Source: Paraphysomonas bandaiensis (Eukaryota > Protista > Chrysophyceae). Taken from it: a stretch of 64,000 nt of DNA. This document shows positions 22,707 through 38,103 of this stretch, piece after piece. How positions within the stretch are numbered: the stretch's first letter is position 1; each line of letters begins with the position of its first letter. Made by a program: the position numbers and the translations under genes. The notes beneath the pieces are model-generated. The model worked only from the letters and a program-made list of their open reading frames with translations, did no database searches and was not told the origin of the DNA. The DNA lies in contig CBFFRP010000072.1 of NCBI GenBank assembly GCA_965644295.1, forward strand, positions 89,867 through 153,866, read 5' to 3'.

Positions 22707-25005
22707 TTAAACTACTGTGTATAGGACGCTGGCAGTGGTTGCATTATACAGGCATTGCTGAAGCTCCTCTTCCAACTCGTCTGTCCACACTGATGCACTC
22801 ATAGATTTTGTGCACACATGCTTTCGTTTTTGTAACTCCGCTACTTTTCGTGTAGATCTCTGCGTTGACACGAGTAGTAGGGTATTTCTATTGGCAATGC
22901 TATTCTGAACTGCACTAATAATATTGGCCACTACATCTTTGAGTCTACTAGAACAACTATTGTCCTGACTATCCCATTCTGTGCTGTCTAAACCAAGATA
23001 TGTGAAACTCCTATGATGCACTACATCTTCTCGACTCGTCATGACTCTTATCCGCTTCAGCGCCGCTTCTACAGCCTTTGCGTTGTTTGCGTAGCATTGT
23101 GTGTCCACCGACCCTCCCACACATGATCGCATAGTGCCCATACACTCAGCATTAGACCATATGAAGCCGCTTGACACACTCGACGGCAAGCGTGAGACCA
23201 ATGGCTCACGAAGGTCACTTTCAGATTTAACTCCAAATGTGGGGCCCATATCTGCTTTGAGAGTCGCTAGTTGTACTGCGGCTCGTGCATCTTCCTCGCT
23301 ACTATGACCACCCCTACCCTTCTGTATATTCACATGTAGATATTCCTTGGCAAGAAACTTTAGCTTATGTCGCAAGGGGTACCCCTTAGGATGGGGATAT
23401 ATAACTGCTGTATCAATACACTTCGCATGACAAACCCGCAGTGCCTTTAAATCATTCTCAAGCGAGTGCCCGACCAAAATCGTATTGGCCGTCACGATCC
23501 TGAGGAATGCCAGCTGCACCTGCTCCAGACGCACTGAGACATCCTGCATAAGCGCAGCGTTGATACCGCTAAATTCCTCTCTATAGTTTAGTATAGGTAA
23601 ATAAGGTTTCACCAAAGTATCTAACAGCACTCGGCCATTTTTATCGACTAAAGATAAACGCGTAAGCTCCAATCCGTTGGCAGTATCGCACATCTCGCAG
23701 TCAAGGCCGACGAGTTCTAGGGATGCAGACTTGAGAGGACAGATGTCATCGCCACTATGTCCAGGGGCACAGCGGTGACAGTGGTAGCCAAGAACACCGG
23801 CGTTTGCTGTGGTTTGAAAATATATATCCCCTTCTTCCATTTCCCTCTCCTCGACAGCCAGTTCAACTGCAACTGCCTCCGAATCTCCAGTTTCCACGTC
23901 CCCGTTTACGGGCTCCCCGCTGGCCATCCCAGCAGTAGTTGAAGTATTTTCACTCCCTTGACAGATGCGTTTAGCAGATTTGACACCACCATTCAAACCA
24001 TTTCCGGAGTAAGGCCTCTTACCCCCAGCTATATATTCCGCTGGAGGACACACACGCACAGTCTCGGAAAAGGACAAATAGCGATGACATTCTGCGAGGT
24101 CCGGAACATATCCCTCTAGGACCCCTTTTGTAACGCCCTCATTAGATTGCACAGCATCGTCATTCTTGTCATTGCCTTCCACATGAGGGGAGTCGTAAGA
24201 TTTGGCAGCTGGTGCAGAGGGCACAGGATATCCCCAGGTGCGCATAGCTGCCTGGCTCAGTACGTATCTGTCATACATAGTGCCTCCACCGACAACAGCA
24301 GCAGAATTTTCAGTAGCAGGCTCATCTTCCATCAGCGGAAGGGTAAGCAATCGCTGGGGAAAGATGTGGAATGGATTCTGAGCCCGTGATATACGTACAG
24401 TCACGAGTTCGCTCTCAACACCACACACTGAAACCAACATAACGTCATTGCATATTCATTAACATCACAATGCAATACGAAATGAAAAATGCCACACCTG
24501 ATTGGCTTAATGTCTCTTCATATTCAGACACATGGATAACAATCACATCCCTGACGAAAGCTCTGTTCCTCACCTATACAGAATTGAGCGTTCCAATGAT
24601 GACAGCTCCAAGTACACACCTCAAAGTACTTCGGAATATTAGCCTTTTCATTATATACAGCCTGAAGAAGATCACGTAATTCCTGTGTGTTAATTATAAG
24701 AAACACTCTAGAAGAGTCGTGTTGCATCTCACCGATGTATTGAGATCATGCTTGCAAGTGCTTCTTGTTGTGTCCGGTACCTTTCGAATACCTGCGCGAC
24801 CCTATCGACACCCCATGATACTCCTCTCCTTATAGTGTTACATATATTACCGTGATACCGTATCGGATACACTGCTGGAGCTGTATGAGACAGTCAGTTG
24901 ATTGAGATCTATATTAACGGATAAGACCTGCTCAGTTAGTGCCAAGTGACCACCAGAGACCTTCTTGCGATACTTCTTTGCTTTCTTATCATTGGGATCT
25001 GACAT
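22707..25005 (-). CDS. DEDDh RNA exonuclease (REX1/REXO/SDN-like), multi-exon
   Basis: ExoI LVGLDCEMC, ExoII LVGHSLENDL, CIDTA, ExoIII HSSEEDARA. Upstream exons are approximate (start MSDPNDKKAKKYRKK). Confidence 0.85.
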
Positions 25006-26853
25006 CCCGTGTGAGGCTATTAGCTGGAAGGCTATAGTGGAATGTGTGTGTGACTTCCTTAAATATGGCAACAATTAACACACACCAATAAAATGGATGT
25101 CATTGTACGTGTACTCCTTATGTACACAGCCATGTACAAAACCCGGTTTTCCAAAATTTTAGGATTTCCAAGAAAATATTTGGGATATTTGTATGATATG
25201 TTAGTGATTTCTATATGTTTTACAACATGCATGGGGTGGCATACTTGTATGCGAGGAAAAAAAACTCTTGTAGTACCAATAATACCGTTCTTCCTACATA
25301 CTCTATTGTACATACATATACAGTATATAAGCATCTATCCACTCACTCCTATTCAAGTGGTCGTATCTTATATCAGTCCGCCCATACAGAGCTCGTCCAT
25401 ATGGTTTGGGTTTGGTATTCATTCTTATTGTTTCTCGTATGTTACTCTTTTTCTTCTCTGAGACTCTTCTCTGAAGGATTCTTCTTCCAAAGATTCCTCT
25501 GTGATGAGAGAAATCACAACTCTTTCATCGATATTTTGTTCCTGCTGATTCATTTCATCGATATGAGAAACAATCAGAATGAGTACCAAACCTCATCAAA
25601 GAAGAGCAATCAGTGTATATTGACCCAACATTTTAACACTTGAATTGGAGTGAGTGTATATATATGTGCCTTGTATTGGCTAAACTTGAATTCAATAGCT
25701 ATATGTTAAAGTGTGTCCATGAGGAGTCATCGAAATGTTAGAGTAGGAAGATTCCTTTTCTTACATATTTCATGGTATATGGCGCCTCTTATTGGTAGTA
25801 CATTTCCCCGGCACGCAGTACGGTACGCCATGCATGTTGTGAGTGTTAAACTGCTGCTGTATACTCTGATTGTAACATGGGCAGCTACGCAGTGTAGGGA
25901 TACGTAAACTTGTATCACTCTACTGAATGACTATATATATTTACACTACGTGACTCAGGTGATGAGCTTAGGAAGACTACAGGCCCATATGATAGAAGCC
26001 ACTTGCTAATCTAACAGTTTAAATGTACGTATATATAATCATACTGTACATTCACGTACATACATATATATATATAGATATAATAATACATACATATATA
26101 CTACATATACATATAAATACTATTATGAGCATTAAACTAACATCGTCATAATATAAATAGTGGACACAATCAGTTATCGTGGACAGAATAGAGGAACAGC
26201 CGATTAAAAATAATACAGACAAGAATTTACTAAATAGAGGAGAGGTTGATGATACGACACCAGTGCGCATTGCATATCTATTTAGTAGTCTTCTTCGACA
26301 AGATGCTATAAAGAAGTTTACCATTCCAGGATGTTCAAACTTATTGACTAGATTGAATGATATTTCCCATTGACTACGCTGTGCTGATTAAACAAAGCGG
26401 TGTGTGTTGAGTGTTGAGTACGACGATGATTTAAGTTCTGTATGAAGTGGTCTTGGAGATATATTTCGATAGTTAAACTCACTCACGGAATTATCATTGC
26501 AATAAATCAGTCAGTTAATTATATTTTGCAAAATCGTAATAAATCATTAATGAGCAGTGCGGTGTTCTTGCATAAAAATTGATATTAACCTTCAGTATAT
26601 ACTTGCTTTAAATGTTAGTATCGTCACAACTACTTGTTCACTATACCAGGGGTGTTGAAAGCATCGATTGCTAAGAGTGTATGATATAGATGTTACCAAC
26701 AATCCCCGGAGAACTGATACATGCACATAGCACATAGCGAACACAACTAACCTATTAATCTAAGCTTATTACAAATTGTAACAGGGACCTAGTACATTAC
26801 AAATATTAAACTCAAGTAGTCTCATACTAATATAAACATATATTATGAACAAA

Positions 26854-29800
26854 TTATGATACAGGATTCACACCAACAGGTAGCCCATACACAACTGGTG
26901 CACTTCCCACTGCTGACTTCATTTTGCACACATTTCGAGAGTACGAAAGCGATTGAGATATACTATTACCAAACTTCCTATTGCTTTCTTCGTTGAATAA
27001 GTTCTCCATACATTGAACAGAGAGCTTATCAATATCTTTGTCTGTAACATCCCACAGGTTTCCAACAACCCAAGGAGCTCCACTCAATAAATATGACACA
27101 GATGCCCCATACGGGTCATGTATTCCGTTCTTAATGAGAGCTCCACTACTACATCCCCACAACATTGCAGCTGGACAACGCAATTTTCGAAGTCTGGCAC
27201 AAAAATGAATTGAAAACAGGTACATGAAACAATGCATAACATACTTGTTACTTTTTCCAAAAAGCTTTTCGCCACTCCCATGGCCACAGTAGAGAAAAAG
27301 CTCAGAACTTTCGTGATTTTCCCTGTTTACCGAAGAGTTATGCACTCACAGCGATGCATCGCCTGATTACCTGATCATGTCATCTGGAGGACGCTCACCA
27401 ACATAACCTCTCCACCTCCATTTCGTGGCATAAGGTTCAAGGAATGTCATCATTGTAGACCGCGTTCTATGCAGATTGTCGTCCGGATCAACAGCATACC
27501 AACAACGTGCTAAGGAGATTAGAGAATTTTTCTTTGAGCTTTCAACATGTCCAGAAGTTTTAGAGGGAGCAGCAACAACAGACTCAGAATCGCTTCGACC
27601 GTGCAGCAGCAGCAAATTAAGCAATACTGCCAATCCGGGTACTCGAGAGCAACTGTGCTTCCTGAGACATGGGAGAGTCTCCCACGGTAAAGCCTGCATC
27701 GCCTCGTCCAGAATCAACACCACATGACCAACTTGGTTACTGTCTTCAATTTCCAACTTCTCAGTTTGTTTATTGTTGTGCGTGTCATCACTAGTTACTT
27801 CCACCTTTGACGCACCGTCTTCCCCCGTAGCTGTACGACTCGCTGTTAAGATTAATGCCTGACAGAGTCTTTCCACAAGATCTGCTTTTTTGCCTGATGT
27901 TTCCAACCCAGCGTCCTTCAGTTCTTGTCTCAGTTCAACTACCTTCATCCTACCCACTCGCTCTCTGATAGCGCTCTCGTCAACCTCCTTCGATGCACAA
28001 TATTCATTAGAAGCTTGACTTTCAGTCCGGGACAATTCTGTTATTACATCTGGTCGAATTAAATCAACCACTTCGATCGCCCTTTGAAGAATTTTTCTTG
28101 ATATTTCTTCAGACATCTCAGCTCCATCAAGGACATACCCCATTGCACACATCAGCACTTCACTCACGGCCGTGACACAGTCACATTTATCCAATCCAGC
28201 TATTTCTGAAGTGATAAACCTCACCCATACCAATATCCCATTTATAATATCATTCGTATCAGATGTTTTACACGTAAATTGCAGTTTCTTGCTGCTCTTA
28301 GCTTTTCCTTTACCCCCTCTAGTCCTACCGGACGTGCATAACGTTCGCGAATCAATAAGATCTTGAAACACCTCGCGCACTGCATTCTCTTTGTCATCAA
28401 AAGTACACTGATCAAGCTGAAGCGGTGGAGAGAGTATACACCTCCACACTCCAAGAATATCCTGAACTTGCTCCAAAAACTTAGCCATTCTCATATCCAA
28501 GTTCTCACGACCATGCCACCATTTCAACTTATCGGAATCAGTCCAATTTTTAATAACATCAGCGCTGCTGGTCGACTGTAACTGTGATTTATTGACTTCA
28601 ATTATATCATCCCACTCTTTCAAGGCTGCGAGGAGTGCATCGTACTTCGGAATAGCTACTACCAGCGGAAATGACGACAAATCTTTCCTCCCCAACAGTA
28701 TACGATGCGAACTGTGATCTAAAGATATAAAGCACGTAGAACAGACGTCACATTTCTGGTTGGATGCACCATTCCATGCATCCAGCATACCGTTGATAGC
28801 AAGAAGACTCGATGTGTTACCACAACAGGCGGAACGAACAAGTTCACATGCTGTATTGAGATGTGCATTCCTTTCTGACGAGGAGTCAGACTTAAACTCC
28901 AGTGAACATTCTACAGTAGTACCACACGATCCAGCACCCAAGACGAAAGATAATAGAGACTGCGCAAAACACTTACCAAGAGATTCGCACAGTCTATCTT
29001 CAGAAGCAAGGGCGGTCCCAGAGGTATAGATTGAAAGGGAAGGGAGCAAGACATCTACTGCAGCTCGCCTTCGCATATCTCTTACGACATCAAAGCACTC
29101 CCCAGCGAGAATACTTTTTCCAGAAAAAGCACGTGATATACGCTCGTTGATAATAGAGTTATTTACACCACTAAATCCCGAAAAGACATGTGAAGAATGA
29201 TACATATCTGATAATTCACATAACTTGCGTTTTAAACTTTCAGCCACAAAAGCACGAATTGGTTTCGGCAAGCATGTGTTATACTGGAGCGTAGCAACTT
29301 CGGTCGCCCCTAAATCGACCCTATAAGGCGTCAAGTCCCAATAATAGAACAATCTACGGTAGTTCAGTGCATCGACGGAGGCACAGTCCACAGAGCCGTT
29401 TACGATTAACTTTTCCAATGAACGAGCCGCAGCTTCAATAAGATTATCAATATCAAGGGTAATTATTCCTTTAACTCCTTTATGCGTTAAAGAACATAAA
29501 TTTTCGAGTTCAGTCGACAGCTTCGCTGACTCTGACCGATGAAGAACCCTCAAAGTATGTAGGGAACATATGTTCCGATAGACACCTGGTATCGCCTGAC
29601 CCAGCGCTTTCGCTTCAGCAAGATACGATAAACACTTTTCAAATGCGCCCGACATCTCCAGGAGATCAGCTACATGCAAATAAGTGTCTAGTAGAAGCGG
29701 ACTCGAATCGACACTCGCTGTGTGGCTACTACCAGGTCCCTTCGCATTCAACGCGCATTTAGCCCACACCAATGCCTGGGAGTGGGAGCCAAGAACCCAT

Positions 29801-32800
29801 AGACATATCTTGCTACTGTAGAGACACACCCAATATGAAAGGATATGGAGTTTGAGCATTCGAAGCTCCTTGAATACCTTCTCAGCTACGCTACTGAACA
29901 CTGAATACTTTGATTCAAGTGTAGCTTCGATACTACATGAATCAACCAAAGCTAGTAATTCCGTTCCAATATCATATAGTTTATAGACACTTCTAGACCA
30001 TTCTGAGTGATCCCCAGTAATTTCCCTGACTCGATCTTCATGATTCCTCACCCCACTACTGGCACAAGTCATTAACAATGTACACTTCATATGCAACACA
30101 AGATGTTCCCATTTCTTTCTTCCAATTTCATCTGAAGAGCAAGACTCTAATTTTCCTGCAAGATTTTGTAGCATGCATATCTGTGCATCCACACACCCTT
30201 GGATCCCTAGATGCGAGAAGAGCTGATAGGTATCTGGTACTGCATTGAATGATCCAATTGTCGTTGGCTCAGAAAAAGAATCACGCCACAGCTCAAGAGT
30301 GGAGAAGAGTAAGCTTTGAATAGTAGGGTTGTCAGAGGTGTCTTCGTATTGAGCAAACTTCCACCGCAAAAGTAATACACAGCATTGACACCTCTGGCGA
30401 ACTGAAAGAGAAAATTTTTTTAGAACGGATTCTACATATTCGGTGGCTTCAGTATTAGTTCTTGAAGGAATTAAAAAATGTTCCAAATCTTTCACTGCCT
30501 GATGATATCTGTCGTAGATGTCGCCACTTTTTCCTTCCCACATGCACGTGGACAACGCAGTTAATCGAAATATATACACATCACTGTCCGGCACAAAGCT
30601 ATACGATTCAAACAAATCAGTGATAAACTGTACTGTCCTCTCTATAATTTCGGAATCACATGTGCGATGATGTTCCTGCAAGCTGGTACACAGCTCTTCG
30701 AACACATCAGACAAAAAAGTCTCTGAAGGCAAAATGCTTCTACATTCTTTCAAAGAACTCACGTGAACTCTCGCTACTAACAACTGAGGACAGTTACCGT
30801 CGCTTAGATGCCGGGAAGCATATTCAATCATGCACCGTGAATATAGCTTACTTAGTCGCTGTTGACTCTCAGGAGGTGCACTCAACTCGCAGCAAAGAGG
30901 TAAACTGAAGTGCAGCAACGAAGCCGCCTCGTCAACACATTCATTCTTCAACCACAAAGTCACCAGCTGAGTGAGCATAGAATAAATAACACATCCAAGA
31001 GCCTCTCGACATTGCAGCCGTTTGGTCTCATCCATTTGTCCTGTTTTTTCAGTGCTTCCAACAAGGGTGGCCACTGAAGAGATAAAACTGAAAGCAGATT
31101 CGCTAAGAGCAATATTCCACTCATTTCGGAGACTTTTATCCGAATCTCCAACGAACTTCGTTAGACCCGATATAAAGTACTTAAACATCGTTTCACTCCA
31201 GGAAGTATCTAGGTATTCCCAACTAAGACAAGCCGAGAAAGCTGTCATGGAAAGTGACAATAACTGCACCACAACAACTGGGTGCATATCACACGAACTA
31301 GCCTTGAGGAAACATGATGCAAGCAGTTTCGTTGCAAAGTCTCCACAAACAGTAGCACTACCACTTCCTTCATTATCAGATTTTACGAACTGCTCAATGA
31401 TAACCCTAAACCCATTCGAAATCGGTGCGTTTGCACCACTAGGACTAGTCTCGAATTCAGAGCTCTCAGTAACCATAACTGATACGCATAATTTGCTGAT
31501 GAGGGTTTTGTCAGCTGTCCGTAGCTCAGCATAAGGAATAGTCAATACGCTATTCACATCTCTATGATGTGTATCTGTAGATATATCATGATTCTCATAT
31601 TCAAGGATGAGCTTTACCAGCTCCCACTGCCATGTGGTTTGATGCATAGCATGTCTAGTACACCACATCCGGACAAAGTCACATGCTATTCGCCAACCAG
31701 TATCAGCACAACCAGTTCCTTTAAGTGCTCCAGATATAGCACGTGACTTAAGCTCATATGCCCAATACAGAGCCATGCGGGCAGTCAGGCTACTCTGAGA
31801 TACAGATTCACACGAATCACTATTTCGCGACTTCACATTCTCAGCCAGAGAAGACAGAAACTCCACCGTCTGAGAACATAAAAGCTTCAGCTGATCCGTT
31901 CGGCCGGACTTCACAAGAGTAACCATTTGGTGGGTGATCTACAATATAATACTTAGTGCGGATAGGCAACTCAGAGAGCACATACCGTTTCCAGTGTATC
32001 TCCAACTATACGGGAGGAAAAATCAGGGGATAACGCTGCAAACAACTGCACCCTCACCGCACGAGACATGCCTACATCTCCATCAGACATATCTGCCATT
32101 GCGCACCAAGTAGAAGCAGCATCCAAGGTATGAGCTCTAATAGCTGCTCCAGATACCGTGTCTGCACATACTTTCGACATGATGTTCTCTGTAAGGGAAA
32201 CTTGAATGCAACGCCCAACACACTCCATATCCGCCTTACTAGCACCCCGAGGAGAAGATTTCAAAACTCGGGGTAACCCCGCAATTAAACTGACCAGAAC
32301 CTGGATCATTTTCCACGTATTGCTCTCGCAATCAGGGCGGTCACAGACGCTTCCTGCACATTGCGCACAGGCTTCCACAAGCTGCAGTAGTCCTCGTCCC
32401 TGTATAATAGGTAACGAAATTGGAGAAAATATATATTGTACACAAAACCTCCACTATTGAAGTCGCTTTGGCTAAAGTAAAAGTTAAAAGTTTGCAGTAT
32501 TTCGCCAATGTTCCTTGAGGGGCAGCAGGCAGAGCAGATGCCATAGCAGTGGACAGCCCAACGATACATCGACACCATTTGTTCTTAGTATTCGGCTTGT
32601 CTTGACTCCATAACTTCAATATTTTACTTAACGCACTATGAATTGTGGTACATATGTCAGTTGGTTTCGCTTTATATATGTATGAATGAAGCTCTGGTAG
32701 AAAACTTTCAATTGAATTACAACACAGCTGAGTGTCTGTAATATCCCCTTCTAGAAGAGACTTCACCTTCTTGTGTACATCACTCATGATTGAATTAATT

Positions 32801-32820
32801 TCTTCCTCAAGAGGTGACAC
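26854..32820 (-). CDS. ESP1: Separase (peptidase C50), multi-exon
   Basis: LILDE..LPWE..SRVP, catalytic YCGHGSG and LWGCSSG, VVGNLWDVTDKDID, and a long helical N-terminus. The 5' end is uncertain. Confidence 0.92.
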
Positions 32821-33411
32821 GGAACTCTACATATCATAGAATAACATGCATGAGGATGTTTAATGAACTCTAGAACTGGAAATTTGAACTCTGTATGATA
32901 TATCCGGTACCGGCTACAATAATAATGGATGTTGTGTACTCCACAGAATAATACGTACGAATATATGTGGTGGTATGTCAGTTGGATGAAAGCTCCTGCT
33001 GGTGCTGTATGTAGTGATGTGCTATATTGGATTTATGATCAAAACTTGGAAGGCAATTTTCGCAAATTTCGGAATTCTGAGTACAAGAAAAATAAAAAAC
33101 ATGCGTTTTTTATACTTTTATTGCTATGGATATACAGCAGTAGGTATGAATCTGGAGGGTATGGAAACTCTCTAAAAAAATGGAATGCTGATTTGAGAGA
33201 AAAATGTGGCTAAAAAATCATATTCGTGCGTGCGATGCTGTTGGTAGCAAGCGCTTCCACACACAGTAACAATATTAGCATACATGACTTGGGGATATTT
33301 TGATCATAATAATTATAACAAAGTGTGTTCATAGGTATTAATATACCATAATACGACACGGGTTTGCAAATTTGTTGAGTTTGAGCCCTGAATTACGAAG
33401 GATAGTTCACG

Positions 33412-36400
33412 ATGTGGCGAAGTGTAAGAGCTAATTGGAAGGGTAGGCACTACATCAACTGAAATATATATATATTCATATTGTCGTGTGTATATTTAGG
33501 AATCGCAAGGGTGTCTTGTCTAAATAAGCCGTCCTCACATGGCCCAAAGTTTGCGGTGGCGAGATTTTCAACGGAAGTGGATTCCTTTCTTTCTGGATCG
33601 AGTTCAGTGTATGTCGATCAAATGTATAGTGCATGGAAAAAAGACCCCAAGAGGTGCTATACTTTTATTTAACTTTTCGTTGAATAAAATAATTTGTTTA
33701 TAGCGTCCATTCTTCGTGGGCGGCATATTTCACCAATCAAGATGCAGGGTTAAGTGTAGAGGAATCTTTTTCATCCCCCGGGGCTGGTGGCTCCATCCAA
33801 TCATCTCATCGTGATGGAAAAGTTGCATCTGATACCCTTGCTTTGGCTTATTTAATTCGTGCCTATCAAGTTCGTGGGCATGAAGTAGCAAATCTGGACC
33901 CTTTAGGGCTACATTCTTTCCGCGATTCTAATGGTGCTCCTGCCGAGTTGGACTATCGCTACTACGGCTTCACCGAGGACGATTTGGACAGAAAGTTGAA
34001 TTTAATGGCTAACGTTAGTGGTGGTCACACAGGCTTCTTGGAGCAGCTTCGATCCACGGAGAGCATAACACTGCGTCAAGTATTAGCTGAACTTAAGAAA
34101 ACATATTGCGGTGATTTAGGAGTGGAGTATATGCATATTGGATCTCGTGAGAAATGCAACTGGATTCGTAGTAAAGTCGAGCAGCCGAAATGGTTGAAAT
34201 ATGAACGTGAAACCATACTGCATATTTATGAACGCCTTTGCTATGCGGATCGTTTTGAAAAGTTTTTGGGCAATAAGTTCAACACTGCAAAGCGATTTGG
34301 CGTGGAGGGCGCTGAAAGCTGCATCACTGGGATGAAGAGCTTGATTGACAGGGGGTCTGAATTGGGGATTGAAACTTTTGTGTTGGCTATGCCTCACCGA
34401 GGCCGCTTAAACGTGCTTGCTAATGTTCTACGAAAGCCTATGCCTCTTATTTTCAAAGAATTCGAGGGAACGCACTATGATTTGGAAGAATATATGGACA
34501 ATGCCTTCTCTTACTCTAGCGATGTGAAGTATCACCTTGGGACATCGATGGACCGGACTTATCCTGACGGTCGCAAAATTCACTTGTCGTTGTTACCGAA
34601 TCCTTCTCACTTAGAGGCAGTAGATCCTGTGGCGGCGGGCAAGACCCGTGCTAAACAATTTTTCTCCGGTAACCGGGAGGAAGATAAGCTGAAGCATATG
34701 GCGGTAGTTATGCATGGGGACGCTGCATTTGCTGGCCAGGGAGTCGTTTACGAAACCATGCAGCTTTCTCGTGTACCTGATTTTGCCGTTGGCGGTACAG
34801 TTCATGTTATCGTTAATAACCAGGTTGGGTTTACGACGAACCCAGATAATGCACGCTCCACGATGTACTCATCTGATCTGGGCAAGGCGTTCAACATCCC
34901 CATTTTCCACTGCAACGGTGACGATCCTCTCGCTGTGAGCACGGCATTTGAAATGGCTGTGGAGTGGCGCCAACAGTATGGTGAGGATTGTATTATTGAT
35001 GTGGTTTGTTACCGACGATATGGTCATAATGAGCTGGACCAACCCATGTTCACACAACCTGAGATGTACAACATAATTTCAGGTCATCCTGATGCAACCA
35101 CTGTTATGGAAAATCGCATGCTTGCCCAGGGAAAGGCCACTAAAGAAGAACTAGATGCTATCAAAAAGAAGGTCGATGAAACCTTGGAAGCCGAATTTGC
35201 GGCGTCAAAAACATGGCCTAACCCGAAGGATTCAGATTGGCTGACAACTAAGTGGAAGGGGTTTAAGTCGCCCCGACAACTGTCACTTATACGTGAAACT
35301 GGTTACGATATCAACAAGTTGAAGGAAATTGGTCTGAAAGCTACTGAAGTGCCAGAAGACTTTACCCTCCACAAACAGTTGAAAAAGATTTATAATGCAC
35401 GGAAGAAAGTGATTGAGGAAGGTAAAGGTATCGACTGGGGTACTGCCGAAAGTTTAGCTTTTGGTACGTTGCTTATGGAAGGCAACCACGTTCGCTTGAC
35501 CGGTCAAGATGTTCAGCGGGGTACATTTTCACATCGTCATGCTGTAGTGGTTGATCAGAATTCGGGTGAACTCTATACTCCATTGAATCATTTGGCGAAA
35601 TTTAGATCTACCTCTGACAATTTAAAATGTGATGGGGAAACACAGGCGGAATTCACTTGCCGTAACTCCATATTATCTGAATTTGCTGTGCTTGGTTTTG
35701 AACATGGCTATTCTCTGGAGAACCCTAATATGCTAGTTGTGTGGGAAGCTCAATTTGGTGACTTCGTCAATGGGGCTCAGGTCATGATCGATCAATTTAT
35801 TACTTCAGGAGAAGATAAATGGCTGCGTCAGTGTGGTCTCGTAATGCTTTTACCTCATGGCTATGATGGTCAAGGGGCTGAGCACTCAAGCTGTCGTGTA
35901 GAAAGATTCCTACAAATGGTTAACGAAGATTCTGATGTTGTTCCCTGTATGACCAAGGGGGAGAGAATGCAGATTCAGACTTGTAATATGCAGATAGTGA
36001 ATTGCACAACTCCTGCTAATTACTACCACGTGCTTCGTCGCCAAGTTCACAGAGAATTCAGAAAGCCACTTATTGTTGTGTCTCCAAAGAGTTTACTCCG
36101 AGAGAAGAAATGTACATCGAGTTTGGAAGAAATGGCTGAAGGAACTGAATTTCACCGTGTATTTCCGGAGGCGGATCCCCAAATTGCTGACAATGCTAAA
36201 AACGTCAGACGCCTTATATTTTGCACTGGAAAGGTTTATTACGACCTTATCAATACTCGAACGGAGAAAAATGTACAAGATGTTGCCATCGTTCGCATCG
36301 AGCAGATTGCACCATTCCCATTCGATCGTGTTGCAGAACAAGTTGTTCATTACCCGAATGCCGAAGTTACATGGGTTCAGGAGGAACCGAAGAATATGGG

Positions 36401-36572
36401 CGCTTGGGAGTACACATCTCGTCGCATTGAAACTGCAACTAGAGTACTCAATGGCGCGGAGAAAAGACCCACCTATGTTGGACGTAAACCAAATTCGGCT
36501 ACTGCTACTGGATTGGGAAATCGCGCTCACATGGCACAGCAAAATGAGTTGTTGAATGCTGCGTTTGCATAA
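33412..36572 (+). CDS. OGDH: 2-oxoglutarate dehydrogenase E1, mitochondrial; 3 exons
   Basis: Presequence MWRSVRANWK; introns 33443-33499 and 33654-33703 give KDPKSVHSSW. Motifs AYQVRGH, MPHRGRLN, HGDAAFAGQG, WEAQFGDF, LPHGYDGQGAEHSS. Confidence 0.97.
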
Positions 36573-37249
36573 CTTGCCTTGGGGGAGAGTAGCCTCTTCA
36601 TACCGCACGCGTTTCAAGCTTAACTAATCTCGAAAGGTTTTTGACCAATTTAGGATCAGTTATTTCTGATACACGTCATGGTCCTATTGTAATGCTTGCC
36701 TAAATAAAAATGACTTTAAATTTTAACACTCTCCTTTTTACTTTTGGAGGTGTGAACTGGTTGTTCACTTGCCACGTAGTATATTTATATTTCAACATTT
36801 CACTTCATTGCTACAATACTCGCTAATTGTCTCACAGCAACAGTAAAGCTCAACTATTGGTAACAAAAATACTTGTCAGCTTTCGTGAAGTCCAGGTATA
36901 CCTGAAAATTTTTCATCATTTAGGCGGTTACACGTGCATCTGAAGAGTATTGTGTAAAAAATCTATAAGTAGTCAGCATATGGTGAAAATAGAGCTAGTA
37001 AACCGTAAACCATAATGTTAGGTGTTTTAGTGGGAAAGCAATCAAATGCTATAGTATAAGGTCAGAGCCATAACCGTTGGTGAATAGTATTACTTTGGAT
37101 GTATAAAAATGTCTGATTATTACATATGAGAACGGTTGTATCTAGAATTTGTAATGTAGCTATGGACTTAATAATATGAGTCGCTATTTACTAAATTCTT
37201 CAACCGTCTCGAGACTGCTTGTGCATTGCTGCAAGCACACTTGGTGCAA

Positions 37250-37634
37250 CCATCCCTTGTATTGGAGTTATAAAGGACACAGAGTGTATCTCACAATATA
37301 TATGTGGATGACATTGTTATCGCATGTGTGCTGAACTTAAAATAATAGCAGAAATAAAAGCCATGTTTGTAAACGTTAGACATAACTGATATGGGAGCGG
37401 TCGAACATGTTCTGAGTATTAAATCCGGTGTTCCATAAGCGTTCGAAACATATTGAGATCAAGTACCATTGGATTCGTGAGCACGTAGATCCTGATGACC
37501 CATTTAACACTGCTATATTGTATCACATTGAGACTGATGATCTGACTGCAGACATATTTACAAAATCCTTGTATGGTGTGACTTATGAGAAACACAGGAA
37601 GGGATGCCTTGAAATCTTCAGTTGTGGTTATTAG
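37250..37634 (+). pseudogene. Ty1/copia LTR-retrotransposon pol relic (RT and RNase H fragments)
   Basis: Frameshifted YVDDIVI..TDMG (RT) directly abuts FHKRSKHIEIKYHWIRE..ADIFTKSL (copia RNase H). Confidence 0.85.
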
Positions 37635-38103
37635 AGAGAATCCTTACAAACGACGGAGGTGATCATCAATCAGTTGACTAGTTGTTGCATAATTCAAATC
37701 CCTGAACTGCGGCATTCAAAAGTTCACATTATATAGAACTCAAGAGGTTACGGAAAATGTTTTGTCGAATTATGGTCAGTATAGATTCATGTCTTTAACT
37801 GGACGGACAACGCATGGTACACTCGCTACATGCGCAGAACCGATAGGATGATCACTGGTCTACCATATTGTAGAAGTAACAGTGAACCTTTTCTTTTTTC
37901 GGGTTATCGTCTTGTACTTAAAATATATAACAAGAAGCGAAAACGTTGATTAAGGTTCACCGATGTGTTATTTAACATTTTGGCGTGAAAGTGTCTGTCC
38001 GTGTATGAAGTTAATACATTGTTAATTACTAATAGTTCGAAGTGCTACTATTATACCTATGAACACAAGCACGTCATTCGTAAATAGCTGTGATACCCGC
38101 ACA

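Noticed and set aside
25425-25553. Short minus-strand acidic/basic frame MNQQEQNIDERVV..RRKRVTYEKQ, possible transposase remnant
   Set aside because: Too short, with no catalytic motif or ends to support it.
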